A DNA stretch of 64,000 nt, from sequence record PZ583738.1. One strand, written 5' to 3'. The notes under the pieces are model-generated. The model made no database searches, was not told the DNA's origin, and worked only from the letters and a program-made list of their open reading frames with translations. The position numbers were made by a program, and so were the translations under genes. Source of the DNA: a phage. Below, piece after piece: positions 28,697 through 37,818 of the stretch. Numbering within the stretch: position 1 is the first letter of the stretch; each line of letters begins with the position of its first letter.

Positions 28697-29140
28697 ATGA
28701 AAACTTCAAAACTGGTTAAGTACGTTAAACTGGCATTAAACAACTCTTCTGAAGCTGAAGCACAATCCGCAGCACGTATGTTCTTCAAACGTCTGACAGC
28801 TGAAGGTATTTCATTTAACCCGGCAGTATTTGGTATCACTCGTGGCGAAGCTGCTAAACTGGCAACTCTGGCAGGTAAAATTTTTAAAGGTCTGAATGAT
28901 GAGCAGGTTAAACCAGAAGTTAAACCTACTCCTAAAGCTGAACCAAAAGCTGAACGTAAGGCACCTAAACGCTCCGGTATGAGCAACAAAGATTTGTGCT
29001 ATGATATGTTCAAAACTGTTAATATGTCTAATGGTGCTGCTCGCAGAGCTGTTATTGATATGATTGTGCGTGAGTTTGGATTCAACAAAGCATCAGTTCA
29101 GTCTTATGCTTCCAACTTCCGCAAAGAATTTGAAATTTAA
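28697..29140 (+). CDS. hypothetical protein, paralog B of a shared C-terminal-domain pair
   Basis: 147 aa; lysine/proline-rich linker then C-terminal domain (NKDLCYDMF..AARRAVIDMIV..VQSYASNFRK) homologous to ORF 27819-28244. Confidence 0.55.
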   Translation: MKTSKLVKYVKLALNNSSEAEAQSAARMFFKRLTAEGISFNPAVFGITRGEAAKLATLAGKIFKGLNDEQVKPEVKPTPKAEPKAERKAPKRSGMSNKDLCYDMFKTVNMSNGAARRAVIDMIVREFGFNKASVQSYASNFRKEFEI

Positions 29141-29146
29141 TTCAAA

Positions 29147-29180
29147 GGGGGTATACAAGCCCCCTGCTTTAAGGCATAAT
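29147..29180 (+). promoter_or_regulatory. GC hairpin overlapping an early promoter
   Basis: GGGGG-TATACAAG-CCCCC hairpin; -35 GTATAC inside loop, -10 CATAAT 18 nt later. Confidence 0.4.
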
Positions 29181-29246
29181 GATTCCATACTGAGTTACAC
29201 AATAAAACATTGGATAATAAAATATTAACCAACTGAAGGAAATACC

Positions 29247-29840
29247 ATGAATACTTTAAAGAAACTTGTTGAATTCATCCGCTCCAAACTGGGTACTGCA
29301 ATGGCACAAAACCTGTCTATTGAAGACCAATATACTAAAGCTGCTTCTACCCTGATTGACAAGATTACTGAGCTCCAGACTGCCCATGTTAAGTCTGTTA
29401 ATGAAGAAAAACGCATCCGCGAGTTAGCGAATGAAAAAGACCAGCTCGCTTCTTCTAAAGAACGCGAAATTCGTAAACTGATTGCTGATGGTGCTGATGT
29501 CCAGGTCCATGCTAAACTGGGTCTCCTGTATCGTCGCACTGCTAAACAACTTCGTAAGAAGGCAGATGATTATGTTGAAATGCGTAATGAAATTAAATTG
29601 AAAGTTAAAGAGCTGGATGACTCTCGTCAGGAACTAGCTGTTAAACTGGAATACATCCGCGAAACCCGTAAGGTGTCTGCACTGGGTATTGCAACCGCAG
29701 ATGATGTTGTTGAAATCGCTGCATTGACTAAGATTGATATTGAAGACACCCTGATGCGTGTTGAAACCTTCAAAGGCCCACAGGTTGGTGTGGATACCAC
29801 GTCCGCTGACATTGAAGAATACATCAATTCACTTAAGTAA
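29247..29840 (+). CDS. coiled-coil protein of unknown function
   Basis: 197 aa; heptad-rich, highly charged; ATG with SD AAGGAA. Confidence 0.5.
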   Translation: MNTLKKLVEFIRSKLGTAMAQNLSIEDQYTKAASTLIDKITELQTAHVKSVNEEKRIRELANEKDQLASSKEREIRKLIADGADVQVHAKLGLLYRRTAKQLRKKADDYVEMRNEIKLKVKELDDSRQELAVKLEYIRETRKVSALGIATADDVVEIAALTKIDIEDTLMRVETFKGPQVGVDTTSADIEEYINSLK

Positions 29841-29883
29841 GATAAAAGGGGGCTTTGCCCCCTAATTGGGAGAGGAGAATATT

Positions 29884-30438
29884 ATGAGCTTATATACTGA
29901 CCTTATATCAAATGTAGACTGGTTTAGTGGTAGTGGTCTTGCCACTGAAACTAACACGGTTCTTTACAGAATTCGCCAAGACCTGGGTTATTCCAATGAT
30001 TTCTTAAGAAGAACGACAAGTCGCGGCGATACTACCAAATTGCCTTTTATTTTTGCTTTAGCTGAAGACCTTTCTTTTGCAGATGCCTTGGAAATTATTG
30101 ATGTAAATCTGGGTATTCAACGAGTGGAATTCGGTGGACTACGTTATTCAGTATATGCGTTAAATGACCCAGATGATTATAGGCAACTTATTAATGCGGA
30201 CGATGGTGACCATTTGGTGTGTTATTTGATGTTGGAAAATGGTGACCACTTTGGAATGGTTGACCGCCGACCAACTTATACTGATATTAAAAATTATGAT
30301 AAAGATGAGCTTCTTGATTTGGCGGCTGAGTACACATTAGAGAGTCGTAAACGGAAACGTAAGCTTAATCGTTTTATTGCTGAATGTCGTGAATATGCTA
30401 AAGGGGTTCAAAATGCGAACGCTATATCTGCCAAGTAA
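29884..30438 (+). CDS. hypothetical protein
   Basis: 184 aa from ATG 29884 with SD GAGAGGAG; C-terminus NRFIAECREYAKG shares junction motif with three other genes. Confidence 0.5.
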   Translation: MSLYTDLISNVDWFSGSGLATETNTVLYRIRQDLGYSNDFLRRTTSRGDTTKLPFIFALAEDLSFADALEIIDVNLGIQRVEFGGLRYSVYALNDPDDYRQLINADDGDHLVCYLMLENGDHFGMVDRRPTYTDIKNYDKDELLDLAAEYTLESRKRKRKLNRFIAECREYAKGVQNANAISAK

Positions 30439-30772
30439 ACCAGAAAAATTTGTGTACGCAGACAAGATTGATAAAGACCTTATGCCTCCATTTGGAGCTT
30501 TGTCCATGTGCATCGTTGGGGTTATAATGATGGTGCTTTGTGGGGATATGAATATCATTAGTGTTGGAGTCGCCTGGTCACTAATAATTGCAGCACCTTT
30601 TATTACAGTCCTGAGCATGATATTGATAAACGTGTGGCATCAAAATCATATGAATAAAGGATATCGTGGGCGAGTTAAAGAGTGGGAACAAAAATGTGTT
30701 TCCCTGCAAGAAGAGCACAAAATTAAATGTGCCGAAGAATTTATTAAGGAGGTTCGTAATGGAACGGCCTAG
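30413..30772 (+). CDS. small membrane protein
   Basis: 119 aa from ATG 30413; two hydrophobic helices; C-terminus EEFIKEVRNG. Confidence 0.45.
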   Translation: MRTLYLPSKPEKFVYADKIDKDLMPPFGALSMCIVGVIMMVLCGDMNIISVGVAWSLIIAAPFITVLSMILINVWHQNHMNKGYRGRVKEWEQKCVSLQEEHKIKCAEEFIKEVRNGTA

Positions 30773-31112
30773 TCTTGCATCACATGTTTATCAATTGGCT
30801 GAATATGATATTGGTGCCAGTTTATTATTAGGGATTGTCACCGCCATGCTTGGCGGTTTGGTTGGTCTGGTAATGACCACGGTTATGGCTGCAATCGAGG
30901 GAGTCATGCCTATTGATATGGGCTTCTTTATGATAATTGCTCCGGCTGTTGTGGCTTATTTTATCCCTGTTGTGTATGATATCTGTCACACAAACGCCTT
31001 GAATGCTCCTAGTCGGAAGAGATATGCTTCAGCAATGGCTGAGTATAATAAGTTCCTAGACAAAACAAAACGTAATGACCTTGAAACCTTTATTAAGGAA
31101 TGTAAATCATGA
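30759..31112 (+). CDS. small membrane protein
   Basis: 117 aa from ATG 30759 with SD AAGGAGG; multiple hydrophobic segments; C-terminus ETFIKECKS. Confidence 0.45.
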   Translation: MERPSLASHVYQLAEYDIGASLLLGIVTAMLGGLVGLVMTTVMAAIEGVMPIDMGFFMIIAPAVVAYFIPVVYDICHTNALNAPSRKRYASAMAEYNKFLDKTKRNDLETFIKECKS

Positions 31113-31399
31113 ATAAAATTGAAATTGCTATCCCCAAGTATTATGATGAAAAATCTGCAGAAAAAGCTATCTATTCTCTTCTAAATAAGACCTCTGAAAT
31201 TGAAAAACACTGCGAAGAAATCGCAGATGAATACGGTATCCAATTCGGTACCGGTGATTATGGTTCAGGCCGTACATATTATCCTGTCGGTTATGAATGC
31301 TCCAAGTGGTTTAAAGATGAAATTGAAAACAACGGCGGCGAAGTTGAAAACGGTGTCGTTACAGTTGGTGCTTGGGTCTCCTCTTCGGCAATGTGCTAA
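31109..31399 (+). CDS. WVSSSxxC-terminus family protein 1
   Basis: 96 aa; ends AWVSSSAMC; first of four tandem paralogs. Confidence 0.55.
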   Translation: MNKIEIAIPKYYDEKSAEKAIYSLLNKTSEIEKHCEEIADEYGIQFGTGDYGSGRTYYPVGYECSKWFKDEIENNGGEVENGVVTVGAWVSSSAMC

Positions 31400-31408
31400 G
31401 GAAACTCT

Positions 31409-31690
31409 ATGATGAATGATTACCGTAAAAATAAAGAACTGGCTAACGCAGTAAATGACATCCATAAAGCTATTCGTCGTGCCGAGGAAATTGCAAACAA
31501 ATATGAGACTCATTTTAATATATACCCTGCTCGCGGTATGGGCGGTGACTATTATTCTCCTGGCGCCCTGAAAGCCGACCTTGCTCATTGGGAAGAACAT
31601 GGCCATCCTGAATGGGCTATTGTTAATACTCATGACTATACAACTGACCTGGAAAAAGGCGGTTGGGTGTCCTCCTCTTCTGAATGTTAA
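31409..31690 (+). CDS. WVSSSxxC-terminus family protein 2
   Basis: 93 aa; ends GWVSSSSEC; shares EEIAxxY..F..G..YYxPG region with protein 1. Confidence 0.55.
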   Translation: MMNDYRKNKELANAVNDIHKAIRRAEEIANKYETHFNIYPARGMGGDYYSPGALKADLAHWEEHGHPEWAIVNTHDYTTDLEKGGWVSSSSEC

Positions 31691-31698
31691 GGAATGTT

Positions 31699-31896
31699 AT
31701 GTCTCGTGAATTAGATTGTGCAATCCGTACTGCTGCGGCAGCTATTGAAAACGTTATCCAGATTTGCAAAGAAGAACGCGAAGAAGCTGATATCTATATC
31801 GATGGTGTTCGTGACCTAGAACGACATATCACGCTTTATAATGGTTGTATTACAATTAGTGGTACCTCTTGGGTGTCCTCCTCTTACGAATGCTAA
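31699..31896 (+). CDS. WVSSSxxC-terminus family protein 3
   Basis: 65 aa from ATG 31699 (SD TAAGGAA as in paralogs); ends SWVSSSYEC. Confidence 0.5.
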   Translation: MSRELDCAIRTAAAAIENVIQICKEEREEADIYIDGVRDLERHITLYNGCITISGTSWVSSSYEC

Positions 31897-31905
31897 GGAA
31901 TAAAA

Positions 31906-32130
31906 ATGTCTGATATTAATGAATTAGAAAAAGCAGCACTTGAACTGGCTGCATTGTATAAGAAAGTAAAAGATATGGCTAACGCTCAAGATTTCGGTAT
32001 TGAGCTTGACGAATATGATGGTGAGGTTCGTCTCGAAGACTGGTTGTACAGCTCTTGCTATGGCGAAGACGCTGGTCGCACCTTTGTTGCTCAACCTGAC
32101 GGTAAAATCTGGCACCCGAGTAGCTGCTAA
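31906..32130 (+). CDS. WVSSSxxC-terminus family protein 4 (divergent)
   Basis: 74 aa; ends KIWHPSSC; same junction architecture. Confidence 0.45.
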   Translation: MSDINELEKAALELAALYKKVKDMANAQDFGIELDEYDGEVRLEDWLYSSCYGEDAGRTFVAQPDGKIWHPSSC

Positions 32131-32175
32131 AATTATCACAAGGATGTGATAGGAGGACTTATGTGCAGAAATTTA

Positions 32176-32205
32176 GTGTACAAGCCTAAAGAAACGTAGT
32201 ATCAT
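32176..32205 (+). promoter_or_regulatory. early promoter (PeSL-like cassette)
   Basis: -35 GTGTAC, 18-nt spacer, -10 TATCAT; palindrome ATCACA..TGTGAT just upstream. Confidence 0.45.
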
Positions 32206-32233
32206 TATCTCGTCAACTAATGAGGAAAATATT

Positions 32234-32401
32234 ATGTATAATGTTCTTATTGTTTTTGTCACTCACCCGCAAGGTGGAGTAAGACAGAATACTTCTCAAG
32301 TGGTTCAATTTTCTTCACTAGAGGCCGCCAATCTTGCTGCCTCACGAATTGAAGCGAAAAAATCGGCACTTGGAAAATATGAAGTAACTCGTCTTTACTA
32401 A
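32234..32401 (+). CDS. hypothetical small protein
   Basis: 55 aa; ATG preceded by AATGAGGAAAATATT, a leader also found before ORFs 32415 and 34087. Confidence 0.35.
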   Translation: MYNVLIVFVTHPQGGVRQNTSQVVQFSSLEAANLAASRIEAKKSALGKYEVTRLY

Positions 32402-32414
32402 TGAGGAAAATATT

Positions 32415-33380
32415 ATGATGTTAGTTATTGGTTCTCGTGCATTACATAACGCTGGTCTGATTGAAAGTCAGAAAATTGAAAACTCTGATTGGGACTTTAT
32501 CGCTGACCAAGGCTCCTGGAACCACTTTAAAGCACGTATGTTCGGTGCTCATGTTCCTGTGGATAACCCTAACGTCCAAGCTTTTAAATGTATGTACAAT
32601 GGCAAAGAAACCTATTTTGAAGCTTATATTGTCCGTGCCCTGACCAACGTACGAGAAATTACTGGTGAGCTTCAAGACGAAGATTTCACCTCAAGTTATC
32701 GTCTCCTGAAATATGCTGAAAATCATATTAAAAAAGATCGTCTTACAGGTTTTTACTGGGCAACTCCTGATATTTGTCTGGCAATTAAATTATCTCATCG
32801 TTACCTGAAGAACAATCCATTCTTCCTGAAGACCATGAGTCATATTAATTACCTTCGCAATAAGGGTATTGTTCTTAATGATGAACTGCAGAAAATCATG
32901 CTGCAGCGTCAGGCAGAGACACTGTCATACAGTCACCCTAAACTAGACGTGGGCAAGAAAACTTTCTTTAATGATACAATCTATACCCTTGACCATGACT
33001 CCATCCACGAGGCCGTGGCGCTTGCTGATAAGCCTGCATATAAGTTCTATATGAAGGATGATTCAGAAGTCATGACCTCGCGTGAAAAATTTGAAGCACT
33101 CCCTGATGTTATTAAACTGGCAGGGGTTTATGAAGAAGCATGTGTGCTCGCTCTGGAGCGTTCGCAGGTTCCTAATGAGTTCAATATCTCTCCATCCGTG
33201 AGCTTCCATATTGCGCTGGAAAAAGTCTGCACCTCCATTACGTCTGGATGGTTTCGCACCTTCGCATATGAAAATTACGGCAAAATTATAAGTATGTATA
33301 ATGCTTTAGGTCATGACGATTATATTAAACGTTTTAAGGCTAACCAGCATTTAATTAAACCATTCAAAAAGGATGAATGA
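32415..33380 (+). CDS. hypothetical protein with possible nucleotidyltransferase-like N-terminal motif
   Basis: 321 aa; VIGSRALHNAG..ENSDWDF loosely fits hG[GS]x(n)[DE]h[DE]h; otherwise unrecognised. Confidence 0.5.
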   Translation: MMLVIGSRALHNAGLIESQKIENSDWDFIADQGSWNHFKARMFGAHVPVDNPNVQAFKCMYNGKETYFEAYIVRALTNVREITGELQDEDFTSSYRLLKYAENHIKKDRLTGFYWATPDICLAIKLSHRYLKNNPFFLKTMSHINYLRNKGIVLNDELQKIMLQRQAETLSYSHPKLDVGKKTFFNDTIYTLDHDSIHEAVALADKPAYKFYMKDDSEVMTSREKFEALPDVIKLAGVYEEACVLALERSQVPNEFNISPSVSFHIALEKVCTSITSGWFRTFAYENYGKIISMYNALGHDDYIKRFKANQHLIKPFKKDE

Positions 33381-34027
33381 TGGGAAGACCATTAGAAGAT
33401 TTGACTGGTAAAATTATTAATGGAATCAAATTTGTTTCGGTAGCATATAAAACCGCTGGAGTTTCTACTAAATGGAATTGTATTTGTCATTGTGGTAAAG
33501 AGTTTGTCACAGCCGCCGCTCGTATAAAATCAGGTAAAACCAAATCATGCGGCTGTCAGAAATATCATTATTCATTTATTTCTGACAAACCTACGTATTC
33601 ATCGTATGCTGCCATGATTGAAAGGTGTACAAATCCTAACCATCATCGTTGGAAGCAGTATGGTGGCGCTGGTGTACAAATATGTGATAGGTGGCTACCA
33701 AAGGGAAAAACTGGTTATTTGAATTTTGTTGAAGATATGGGTATTCGTCCAGCAGGTACAAGCATTAATCGGATAAATTCATGTAAGCTATACAGTAAAG
33801 AAACTTGCGAATGGGCTTCATCATCAATACAGTCATTTGACCAGGATACCCGAAAAGATTCACCTGGTCCAATTACAGGTGTCAAGTTTAGAAAAGACAG
33901 AGGTAAATGGATATCATATATTACTGTTAATCATAAAGAAATCCAACTTTACTATGGTGATTCTCGCGACGAAGCAATAGAAAGACGACGCACCGCTGAA
34001 TTGAAATATTATAATAGACAAAAATAA
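33377..34027 (+). CDS. AP2-domain endonuclease-like protein (homing endonuclease-associated family)
   Basis: 216 aa; YSSYAAMIERCTNPNHHRWKQYGGAGVQICDRW and MGIRPAGTSINRINS..CEWAS pattern, then C-terminal AP2-like segment ITGVKFRKDRGKWISYI..LYYGDSRDEAIERR. Confidence 0.45.
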   Translation: MMGRPLEDLTGKIINGIKFVSVAYKTAGVSTKWNCICHCGKEFVTAAARIKSGKTKSCGCQKYHYSFISDKPTYSSYAAMIERCTNPNHHRWKQYGGAGVQICDRWLPKGKTGYLNFVEDMGIRPAGTSINRINSCKLYSKETCEWASSSIQSFDQDTRKDSPGPITGVKFRKDRGKWISYITVNHKEIQLYYGDSRDEAIERRRTAELKYYNRQK

Positions 34028-34029
34028 TT

Positions 34030-34067
34030 GTGTACATCCAAGTGGGACTATGACACAATGGTCCCAC
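34030..34067 (+). promoter_or_regulatory. early promoter with stem-loop (PeSL-like cassette)
   Basis: -35 GTGTAC; inverted repeat GTGGGAC..GTCCCAC flanking the -10 region. Confidence 0.5.
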
Positions 34068-34086
34068 AATCAATGAGGAAAATATT

Positions 34087-34773
34087 ATGAACGGTCCGAA
34101 AACTTTTAATTCTAAAGCTCGTGCAGTAGGCGGATTTGCAGGTCATATTTCTAATGATGATATTAAAAACGAGCCTATGTTCTTTAACTGTGATTTGAAT
34201 TTTGCTGCACAAAATGGCGGTCCTATTACTCGTAGCTTTATTACTAATCTCCCTGATGAGTGGAAAGCCGTTGAATGTGTATTCGATTCTCGGGTTCATA
34301 TGTTGATGCCTGGTTGGTATCCTGCTATCCCAGGTTATCACCATGATGATGTGCCACGCCCGGATATTCCGGTTGGTCAACACTTTATTACTGCAGGGCA
34401 ACCTGATTATGATAATCCTCGTTACCATTCTGAACATATTCTTGGTCTTGTTAACGCTGATGTGTGTCCTACTTATTTTGCAACCGGAACTGCGCAATTT
34501 AGTCAGATTCCTGAAGGCGAACTTATCTATCGCCAGTGGCATAAAGAAGTTCTGGAAAAAATTGAGTCCAATGAATTAACCAAGTGGGATGCTCCTGACC
34601 GCACGTTGCTCCAGTTTGATTGGCAGACATGGCATACAGGTTCTCGCGCAGTAAGTAATGGTTGGCGCTGGTTTGGTCGTGTGTCTCGTAATACCGACCG
34701 TGTTAAAAAGATTACAAATGAAATCCGTGTTAATGCTCAAGTATATCTGGAATTCCCTATGGAGGGATGGTAA
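34087..34773 (+). CDS. hypothetical protein
   Basis: 228 aa; SD GAGGAAAA; no motif recognised. Confidence 0.55.
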   Translation: MNGPKTFNSKARAVGGFAGHISNDDIKNEPMFFNCDLNFAAQNGGPITRSFITNLPDEWKAVECVFDSRVHMLMPGWYPAIPGYHHDDVPRPDIPVGQHFITAGQPDYDNPRYHSEHILGLVNADVCPTYFATGTAQFSQIPEGELIYRQWHKEVLEKIESNELTKWDAPDRTLLQFDWQTWHTGSRAVSNGWRWFGRVSRNTDRVKKITNEIRVNAQVYLEFPMEGW

Positions 34774-35357
34774 TGCTGTATGAACCCGGTTGTATGGGTG
34801 TTGATGTAAACTTCATCCGCCGGGCAGAAAATGCAGGTATAATTGTATCAAGAGACGAATTTATGATTACCAAAAAATATTGGGCGAACCTTGATGATGG
34901 TGATGAAGGAATCAAGGTGGAAAATGTTGATTGGTCGCGATGCAATCGTCATGTGAAAGAGCTTTTAATTAAGGAATATAAAATGGGATACATCATTAAT
35001 GGGCATCAACCAGAACCACTCAAAGAACAGACACCCGACCCATTAATTTCTTATAGCAAGAAATATGGATTTCGTACCTGGAGTGATGAATTTGATAAAT
35101 TAATTTGTTCCAGGTTTTATGCCTGGGCTGGAATCTTATTTTTACCATTCCTGTGGTTTTTCCTGACAGGTAAAAATGAAGCACCTGTAGCTGTAATGGG
35201 CGCGTGCTTTTCTACTGCTCTTGCTGGACTTATTGCATCATTTTTATGGACTATGGTTATTGAAGTACCTTTTCGTATTTCTAAAGTTAAAAAGGTGTAC
35301 GACGATATCACTAAGAAAAATACATTGAACTCTTTTATTGAGGAATGCCGTAAATGA
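34773..35357 (+). CDS. hypothetical protein with C-terminal membrane segment
   Basis: 194 aa from ATG 34773 (TAATG overlap, SD GGAGGG); hydrophobic stretch near C-terminus; ends NSFIEECRK. Confidence 0.5.
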   Translation: MLYEPGCMGVDVNFIRRAENAGIIVSRDEFMITKKYWANLDDGDEGIKVENVDWSRCNRHVKELLIKEYKMGYIINGHQPEPLKEQTPDPLISYSKKYGFRTWSDEFDKLICSRFYAWAGILFLPFLWFFLTGKNEAPVAVMGACFSTALAGLIASFLWTMVIEVPFRISKVKKVYDDITKKNTLNSFIEECRK

Positions 35358-35590
35358 GTATTGCGATTTATATTAAATCTGAGTCATGTGATTCTTATCT
35401 GTATTCCTATGATACAGGCACATCAGAAGAGAAAATCAAAGAAGATTTAGAAAGTGATTTGGATATGTTCCGACCGATTTCTGAATACAGAATTCAAACT
35501 TCTGATAGTGAAAGCCCTTCATTGGAAAATAGACTTGAATTTTTAATGAGTGATATTTTTAACCAATCATGGAAACGTGACGATGAGTAA
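35354..35590 (+). CDS. hypothetical acidic small protein
   Basis: 78 aa; ATGA overlap with upstream gene. Confidence 0.45.
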   Translation: MSIAIYIKSESCDSYLYSYDTGTSEEKIKEDLESDLDMFRPISEYRIQTSDSESPSLENRLEFLMSDIFNQSWKRDDE

Positions 35591-36041
35591 GAAAAACAAG
35601 GTGAAAGAATTATCGGCTGGCATTATTTTCATGACTGAAGATAAAGAGTTATTCATGGGTCGTGTGACCGGTTCTCGTAAACCAGGTATGCCAGCACACA
35701 AATGGGACATCCCTAAGGGTCATGTGGAAGCTGGTGAATCCCCAATTGAAGCGGCTATTCGTGAAACCGAAGAAGAAACTGGGTTTACCCAATACGACCC
35801 GGCATTCTTAAAAGACCTCGGTGAGTTCCGTTATTCAGATAACAAAAACCTTCACCTGTTTTTGTATACGGTTCCTGTCGAGCATGAGCAATTCAGACAC
35901 AGTAAATGCTCTGCCTATCATACCTTCCCGGATGGCAGTTCGGTCCCAGAGTTTGATGCATTTGCTCTGATTAAACCGAGCCAATGGCAGTACGTGATGG
36001 GCAAATCGATGTACAAGGTAATGACTCAAATTTTCGGATAA
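35583..36041 (+). CDS. nudE: Nudix hydrolase (NudE-like)
   Basis: 152 aa from ATG 35583; Nudix box GHVEAGESPIEAAIRETEEETGF; directly upstream of lysozyme e as in T4 (e.1). Confidence 0.8.
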   Translation: MSKKNKVKELSAGIIFMTEDKELFMGRVTGSRKPGMPAHKWDIPKGHVEAGESPIEAAIRETEEETGFTQYDPAFLKDLGEFRYSDNKNLHLFLYTVPVEHEQFRHSKCSAYHTFPDGSSVPEFDAFALIKPSQWQYVMGKSMYKVMTQIFG

Positions 36042-36067
36042 TAAATACTCCTATATAAGGGGGTATT

Positions 36068-36562
36068 ATGAATATATTCGAAATGTTACGCATAGATGAA
36101 GGTTGTAAGTTGGATTTGTATAAAGATACTGAAGGCTATTGGACCATTGGTATCGGGCAACTGATAACTAAGAACCCATCAAAAGATGTTGCTCGTGCTG
36201 AGCTCGACAAGCTCATGGGTCGCGTCTGCAATGGTCGCATAACCCAACACGAAGCTGAAACATTGTTTAATCGTTCGGTCGAAAAAGCTAAAGCTGGAAT
36301 CTTGAGACATCCTGTCTTAAAACCTGTTTATGATGTACTGGATGAAGTTCGTCGCTGTGCACTCATTAATATGGTATTCCAGATGGGTGTTGCTGGGGTA
36401 GCTGGTTTTCCTAAGGGTATGCGACTTCTGAAGGCTAAATCATGGGAAGCTGCTGCTAAGGAACTAGCTGACTCAAGATGGTATAAAGTCCAGACTCCGA
36501 ATAGGGCAAAACGAGTTATCGAAACTTTCCGTACTGGAACTTTTGACGCATACAAAAGGTAA
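36068..36562 (+). CDS. e: endolysin (T4 lysozyme, muramidase)
   Basis: 164 aa; [57 protein letters not shown] closely matches T4 lysozyme incl. catalytic E11/D20/T26 positions. Confidence 0.95.
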   Translation: MNIFEMLRIDEGCKLDLYKDTEGYWTIGIGQLITKNPSKDVARAELDKLMGRVCNGRITQHEAETLFNRSVEKAKAGILRHPVLKPVYDVLDEVRRCALINMVFQMGVAGVAGFPKGMRLLKAKSWEAAAKELADSRWYKVQTPNRAKRVIETFRTGTFDAYKR

Positions 36563-36565
36563 AAT

Positions 36566-36835
36566 ATGAAAACGTATCAAGAATTTTTGGCTGAATCTGT
36601 ATTAAATGAATCAGATGAAAGCCGCATGGCATTTTTAGCTAAGAAAGAAGGCTTTGAGTTTACTTCTATTAAAAAAGTTAATGGAACTTCATTTAAAGTT
36701 GGTGATTGGACCTTTGGTAACAAAGGAAGTGGCCAGTGGCAAATTGTAGATAAATCTGGTAAAGAAGTGGATTATTTGTTTAATCAGAAATTGGGTGATA
36801 TCGCTAAACTTATGGGTCAATACTCTAAGAAATGA
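36566..36835 (+). CDS. internal-protein-like small protein (CTS N-terminus)
   Basis: 89 aa; N-terminus MKTYQEFLAES; adjacent to e as ipIII/ipII are in T4. Confidence 0.6.
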   Translation: MKTYQEFLAESVLNESDESRMAFLAKKEGFEFTSIKKVNGTSFKVGDWTFGNKGSGQWQIVDKSGKEVDYLFNQKLGDIAKLMGQYSKK

Positions 36836-36872
36836 TGTACATCTCCAAATGATAGGGTTATAATGACCCTAT
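36835..36872 (+). promoter_or_regulatory. early promoter with stem-loop (PeSL-like cassette)
   Basis: -35 ATGTAC, 18-nt spacer, -10 TATAAT, inverted repeat ATAGGGT..ACCCTAT around the -10. Confidence 0.5.
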
Positions 36873-36890
36873 CAACTACGGAGAACAAAC

Positions 36891-37307
36891 ATGACACGTA
36901 TTAACTTAACCCTGGTATCTGAACTTGCTGACCAACACCTTATGGCTGAATATCGTGAGCTTCCTCGCGTGTTTGGTGCGGTTCGCAAACATGTACAAAA
37001 TGGTAAAAAGGTTTCTGACTTTAAAATCCCATCATCTTTTCTTTTAGGGACTGGTCATGTCACCTTCTTTTATGATAAACTTTTGTTCCTTAAAAACCGC
37101 CATCAAGAACTTATTGCGGAATGTTTAAAGCGAGGGTTTAACATAAAAGATATTTCTACCCAAGATTTAAATGATATTCCTGATGAATGGAAGAATGATT
37201 ATCAACCATCAATCTGGTCAATTGAAATCAGTCAAGCCAGACTGAATGAGAAAATTTCTCAAAAGCCTACCTGGTACAAATACTATGGGAAAGCAGTGTA
37301 CGCTTAA
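36891..37307 (+). CDS. denV: endonuclease V (pyrimidine dimer DNA glycosylase)
   Basis: 138 aa; [44 protein letters not shown] nearly identical to T4 endonuclease V. Confidence 0.95.
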   Translation: MTRINLTLVSELADQHLMAEYRELPRVFGAVRKHVQNGKKVSDFKIPSSFLLGTGHVTFFYDKLLFLKNRHQELIAECLKRGFNIKDISTQDLNDIPDEWKNDYQPSIWSIEISQARLNEKISQKPTWYKYYGKAVYA

Positions 37308-37355
37308 CTAAAAAGGTTGTATACTGATTTTATCAACCAAACAATAGAATATAAA

Positions 37356-37655
37356 ATGTTAACTTATAAAGAATTTATCACAGAAGCTAAAGCTCCTAAA
37401 GCATTTCAAATCGGAGTCCAAGGTAATTTAGACCAACAATATGTTGATGCTATTGTAGCAAGCCTCGGTAAACAGGGCGTGCAAGTGGATTCGGTTGATT
37501 TTACTAAAGGCAATACTTTTAATATTGTTACATCTAAAGGTTCTTTAGCTAAAGTTAAAAAGGCCTTTGGCGTAGCACAAGCATATGAAATTGACCATTC
37601 TGAATTAGAAAATAAAGGTCGCCAGAACACAATTAAAGGTTCTGGTTCTTTCTAA
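37356..37655 (+). CDS. internal-protein-like small protein (CTS-like N-terminus)
   Basis: 99 aa from ATG 37356; N-terminus MLTYKEFITEA; early promoter (-35 GTGTAC 37296, -10 TATACT) upstream. Confidence 0.55.
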   Translation: MLTYKEFITEAKAPKAFQIGVQGNLDQQYVDAIVASLGKQGVQVDSVDFTKGNTFNIVTSKGSLAKVKKAFGVAQAYEIDHSELENKGRQNTIKGSGSF

Positions 37656-37818
37656 TAAAGGCAAGCCGACCCTCTCCTCATGAACGTCGCGTCCTCTGAG
37701 TGATGGACCTTTCCCTACCTGTAATAAGGTCGAGCCCAAGTGCGGTAAAGGGTTTACATACGGATACATGGGCGAATTATGTGCCAAGGAATGGCCCCAC
37801 CACTTAAAAGAGACAATT

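Noticed and set aside
29848-29862. GGGGGC-TTT-GCCCCC hairpin after ORF 29247-29840 as an intrinsic terminator
   Set aside because: No U-run follows the stem, so termination is doubtful; possibly an RNA-stability hairpin. Not reported as a feature.
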